A DNA stretch of 64,000 nucleotides, taken from positions 1,440,001-1,504,000 of the forward strand of contig CBDFIQ010000002.1 of the NCBI GenBank assembly GCA_965248195.1, in the 5' to 3' direction. Position 1 is the first letter of the stretch; each line of letters opens with the position of its first letter. A program made the translations under genes and the position numbers. This DNA comes from Longimicrobiales bacterium (GTDB lineage Bacteria; Gemmatimonadota; Gemmatimonadetes; Longimicrobiales; Gaopeijiaceae). The notes under the pieces were generated by a model. The model searched no databases. It worked only from the letters and a program-made list of their open reading frames with translations, and was not told the origin of the DNA. This document shows, piece after piece, positions 62,129 through 64,000 of this stretch.

Positions 62129-62178
62129 GTTACCGTACGCACCTAGTTACCGTACGCACCCAGTTACCGTACGCACCT
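62129..62178. repeat. 17-bp intergenic tandem repeat x3
   Basis: gttaccgtacgcacc(t/c)a repeated three times. Confidence 0.88.
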
Positions 62179-62221
62179 CGGTCCCGGAGGTCAACGCCGA
62201 CCCGCAGTTGGAGCAGTCGTA

Positions 62222-62728
62222 CTACTGGTGTTCCGCGGGTTCGACGTCCACATGCCATTCGACGGCTGCGGTCGCTGGCGCGAAACAGACCCTGTCGTCA
62301 CATGCCTGGTATAACAAGCTCCCGGGCACGACCATCTCGCCAGGTGACACATCTGCGGCCAGCGCCAGGCGCACCTCGATCATAAACTCGTGCTCGAAGA
62401 CCGCCAGCGGCTCTTCCCATCCCGCCAGGAGGAAATCCGTGGACGCTGGATAGGTGATCTCCTCCACCGTGACTCCCTCGGGCAGCGTGAAGGTGAGCAG
62501 TGTCGGAATGACGAAGGGGTCCCGCGGCTCGTCCGACTGCACGTGAATGTTCTCTGGGAGCTCGACCCTCAGCTCGATCGTCACGGTCTGGCCAGGCTGG
62601 ATCGCCTGCTGCTCGACCGTGGGCGTCAGCTCCGCGGTCGGTTGGCGGAACTGCGCGCTGGTTGGTACCCCGCCCAGTACGAGCCCGGCAACCAGAAAGC
62701 CAAGGAGAACGACAACGGTGCGTGTCAC
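62222..62728 (-). CDS. Exported DsbD N-terminal-like (Ig-fold) protein
   Basis: Signal peptide, H...IPT, YP, YQACDDRVCFAP; GTG start at 62728 inferred. Confidence 0.85.
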   Translation of the reverse strand: MTRTVVVLLGFLVAGLVLGGVPTSAQFRQPTAELTPTVEQQAIQPGQTVTIELRVELPENIHVQSDEPRDPFVIPTLLTFTLPEGVTVEEITYPASTDFLLAGWEEPLAVFEHEFMIEVRLALAADVSPGEMVVPGSLLYQACDDRVCFAPATAAVEWHVDVEPAEHQ

Positions 62729-62918
62729 GACCCTTTCTTCGACCCCCTCCCCAGAAACAAGAGTCCCGTAAGAGCCAAAGAGAACCGCAGCTTGCTCGAG
62801 CGTCAAGTTACCGATGACATGCTCACCGGGCGGGCCTCCGGTGGGTTCAGGAGCGATGCCTCGGTCCACATCGCGGCCCAAAACAAGGTCCCACGTGGAC
62901 CGCTCAGGCGGGGCCGAT

Positions 62919-63335
62919 TCAGAGATCGACCGAAATCGCCAACTCGTACTGGCAGGATGGGCAGGAAGTCGCGTGCGGATGACGGAGACGGGCCGGGCGA
63001 GAGAGTGTGATGCCCTCTCCGCACCGGGGGCAGGCGCCCTCCAGGAAGTGAAGCGTGTGTTCCTCGGCCCAGCGTCGGTGGGCCGTCAAGAGGCCTATCC
63101 CGAGCGCTCCGAGAGCCCACGGCGCGTGGGGCGGCACCAACGCGGCGAGCGGAGCGGCGATCAAACCCGCGGCTAGTGCCGTCGCCGCGCGCCGCCCCCT
63201 CCACCCCCTACTCCGCGCCTCGATTCGAGCGTTGGCGGAGACGCCGTCGAATCCGAAGAGCGTGATTTGCGCCGGGACCGAAACTCCGGCGGGCGAGGAT
63301 TCGTCTGACAGCTCCGGTGTCTCAGGCATGGTCAT
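62919..63335 (-). CDS. Hypothetical membrane protein with zinc-ribbon motif
   Basis: Two TM segments around PPHAPW, then CPRC...CPSC. Confidence 0.72.
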   Translation of the reverse strand: MTMPETPELSDESSPAGVSVPAQITLFGFDGVSANARIEARSRGWRGRRAATALAAGLIAAPLAALVPPHAPWALGALGIGLLTAHRRWAEEHTLHFLEGACPRCGEGITLSRPARLRHPHATSCPSCQYELAISVDL

Positions 63336-64000
63336 CCCCGGGCGCGGGAAAAATCTCGGAGCCGGTTTCCCGCCTCTTCCAGGGTCTCCAGCCGTTTGCA
63401 GAACGCGAAGCGGACGAAGGATCGTCCCAGTTCTGGAGGCGAGTAGAAACTGGACCCCGGCACCGGTGAGACCCGGGCGTCTCTTGCCAGTTGCCTGGAA
63501 AAAATATCATCCGGTTCGTCACTGAGCCCGGAGAAGTCGGCGAGAATGTAGTAGGCCCCCTGGGGCTTCTCACAGCGAAATCCGGCGTCCACGAGCGCGC
63601 TGTGCAGCACCTCACGGCGTGCCCGGTACTCCTGCACCATGCTGGAGTAATACTCCGGGCCCAGGGACTCTAATCCAGCGGCGCAGGCTTCCTGAAGCGG
63701 GGCCGGGGCACCCACGGTGAGGAAGTCATGAACCTTCCGAATGGCCCCGGTCAGATCCGGCGGTGCGATGATCGTGCCGACCCTCCAGCCGGTGATGCCG
63801 AACGTCTTCGAGAGCCCGCTTATCGTGATCGTGCGATCGCGCATTCCGGCCAAGGTTGCGATCGGAATGTGCTCCCCCTCGTAATAGATGTGCTCATAGA
63901 TCTCATCGGTGATGGCGAGGAGGTCGTGCTCGAGACAAAGGGCCGCGATCGCCTTCAACTCGGATCGATCGAGGACCCGCCCCGTCGGGTTGTTCGGAGT
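63332..64000 (-). CDS. Class I/II PLP-dependent aminotransferase, 5'-truncated by the window edge
   Basis: PNNPTG, TDEIYEH, SGLSKTFGITGWRVG, RFAFCK. Confidence 0.95.
   Translation of the reverse strand, partial: TPNNPTGRVLDRSELKAIAALCLEHDLLAITDEIYEHIYYEGEHIPIATLAGMRDRTITISGLSKTFGITGWRVGTIIAPPDLTGAIRKVHDFLTVGAPAPLQEACAAGLESLGPEYYSSMVQEYRARREVLHSALVDAGFRCEKPQGAYYILADFSGLSDEPDDIFSRQLARDARVSPVPGSSFYSPPELGRSFVRFAFCKRLETLEEAGNRLRDFSRARG

Noticed and set aside
62129..62178. CRISPR array
   Set aside because: 17-bp units are adjacent with no spacers, and no cas genes are in the window
62729..62918. Separate small gene or N-terminal extension upstream of the DsbD-N-like gene
   Set aside because: No recognisable motif, and the region contains a TTGACG promoter-like element on the minus strand

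Overview
High-GC (about 65-68%) bacterial chromosome segment. Gene content suggests Gemmatimonadota (Longimicrobiales-like), which is inference only. In order: the 3' end of groEL; three tandem membrane-fused spermidine-synthase-like/SAM-binding genes, one split by an intact IS256 with an 8-bp target duplication and one with a probable 3' frameshift; a core block thrS-infC(ATT start)-rpmI-rplT-pheS-pheT-zapB-like-zapA-rny-folD-xseA-xseB-ispA-dxs-nadK-recN; tRNA-Gly and tRNA-Cys followed by a decayed islet (inverted copy of the tRNA 3' end, tyrosine-integrase remnant fused to an IS110 remnant, DUF5916-like protein, alpha/beta hydrolase); two convergent FimT-PilV-PilW-PilX minor-pilin operons, each behind a sigma54-type motif, the second trailing degenerate pilX/pilW/pilX copies; then a prenol-kinase/DUF92 fusion, SSS transporter, GlnRS-YqeY, metallophosphoesterase, small Arg-rich protein, Tyr/Gly-rich secreted protein, rho with an N-terminal insertion, SRPBCC, tesA/ybbA/ybbP, thioredoxin-like and DsbD-N-like proteins, and a partial aminotransferase. 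The best leads are the pilin cassette array, three candidate structured RNA leaders (infC, thrS, rho), the anti-tRNA-Cys inverted repeat and the SpeE-like triad. No CRISPR array or rRNA was seen. All calls come from motif recognition by eye; no searches or folding were run.
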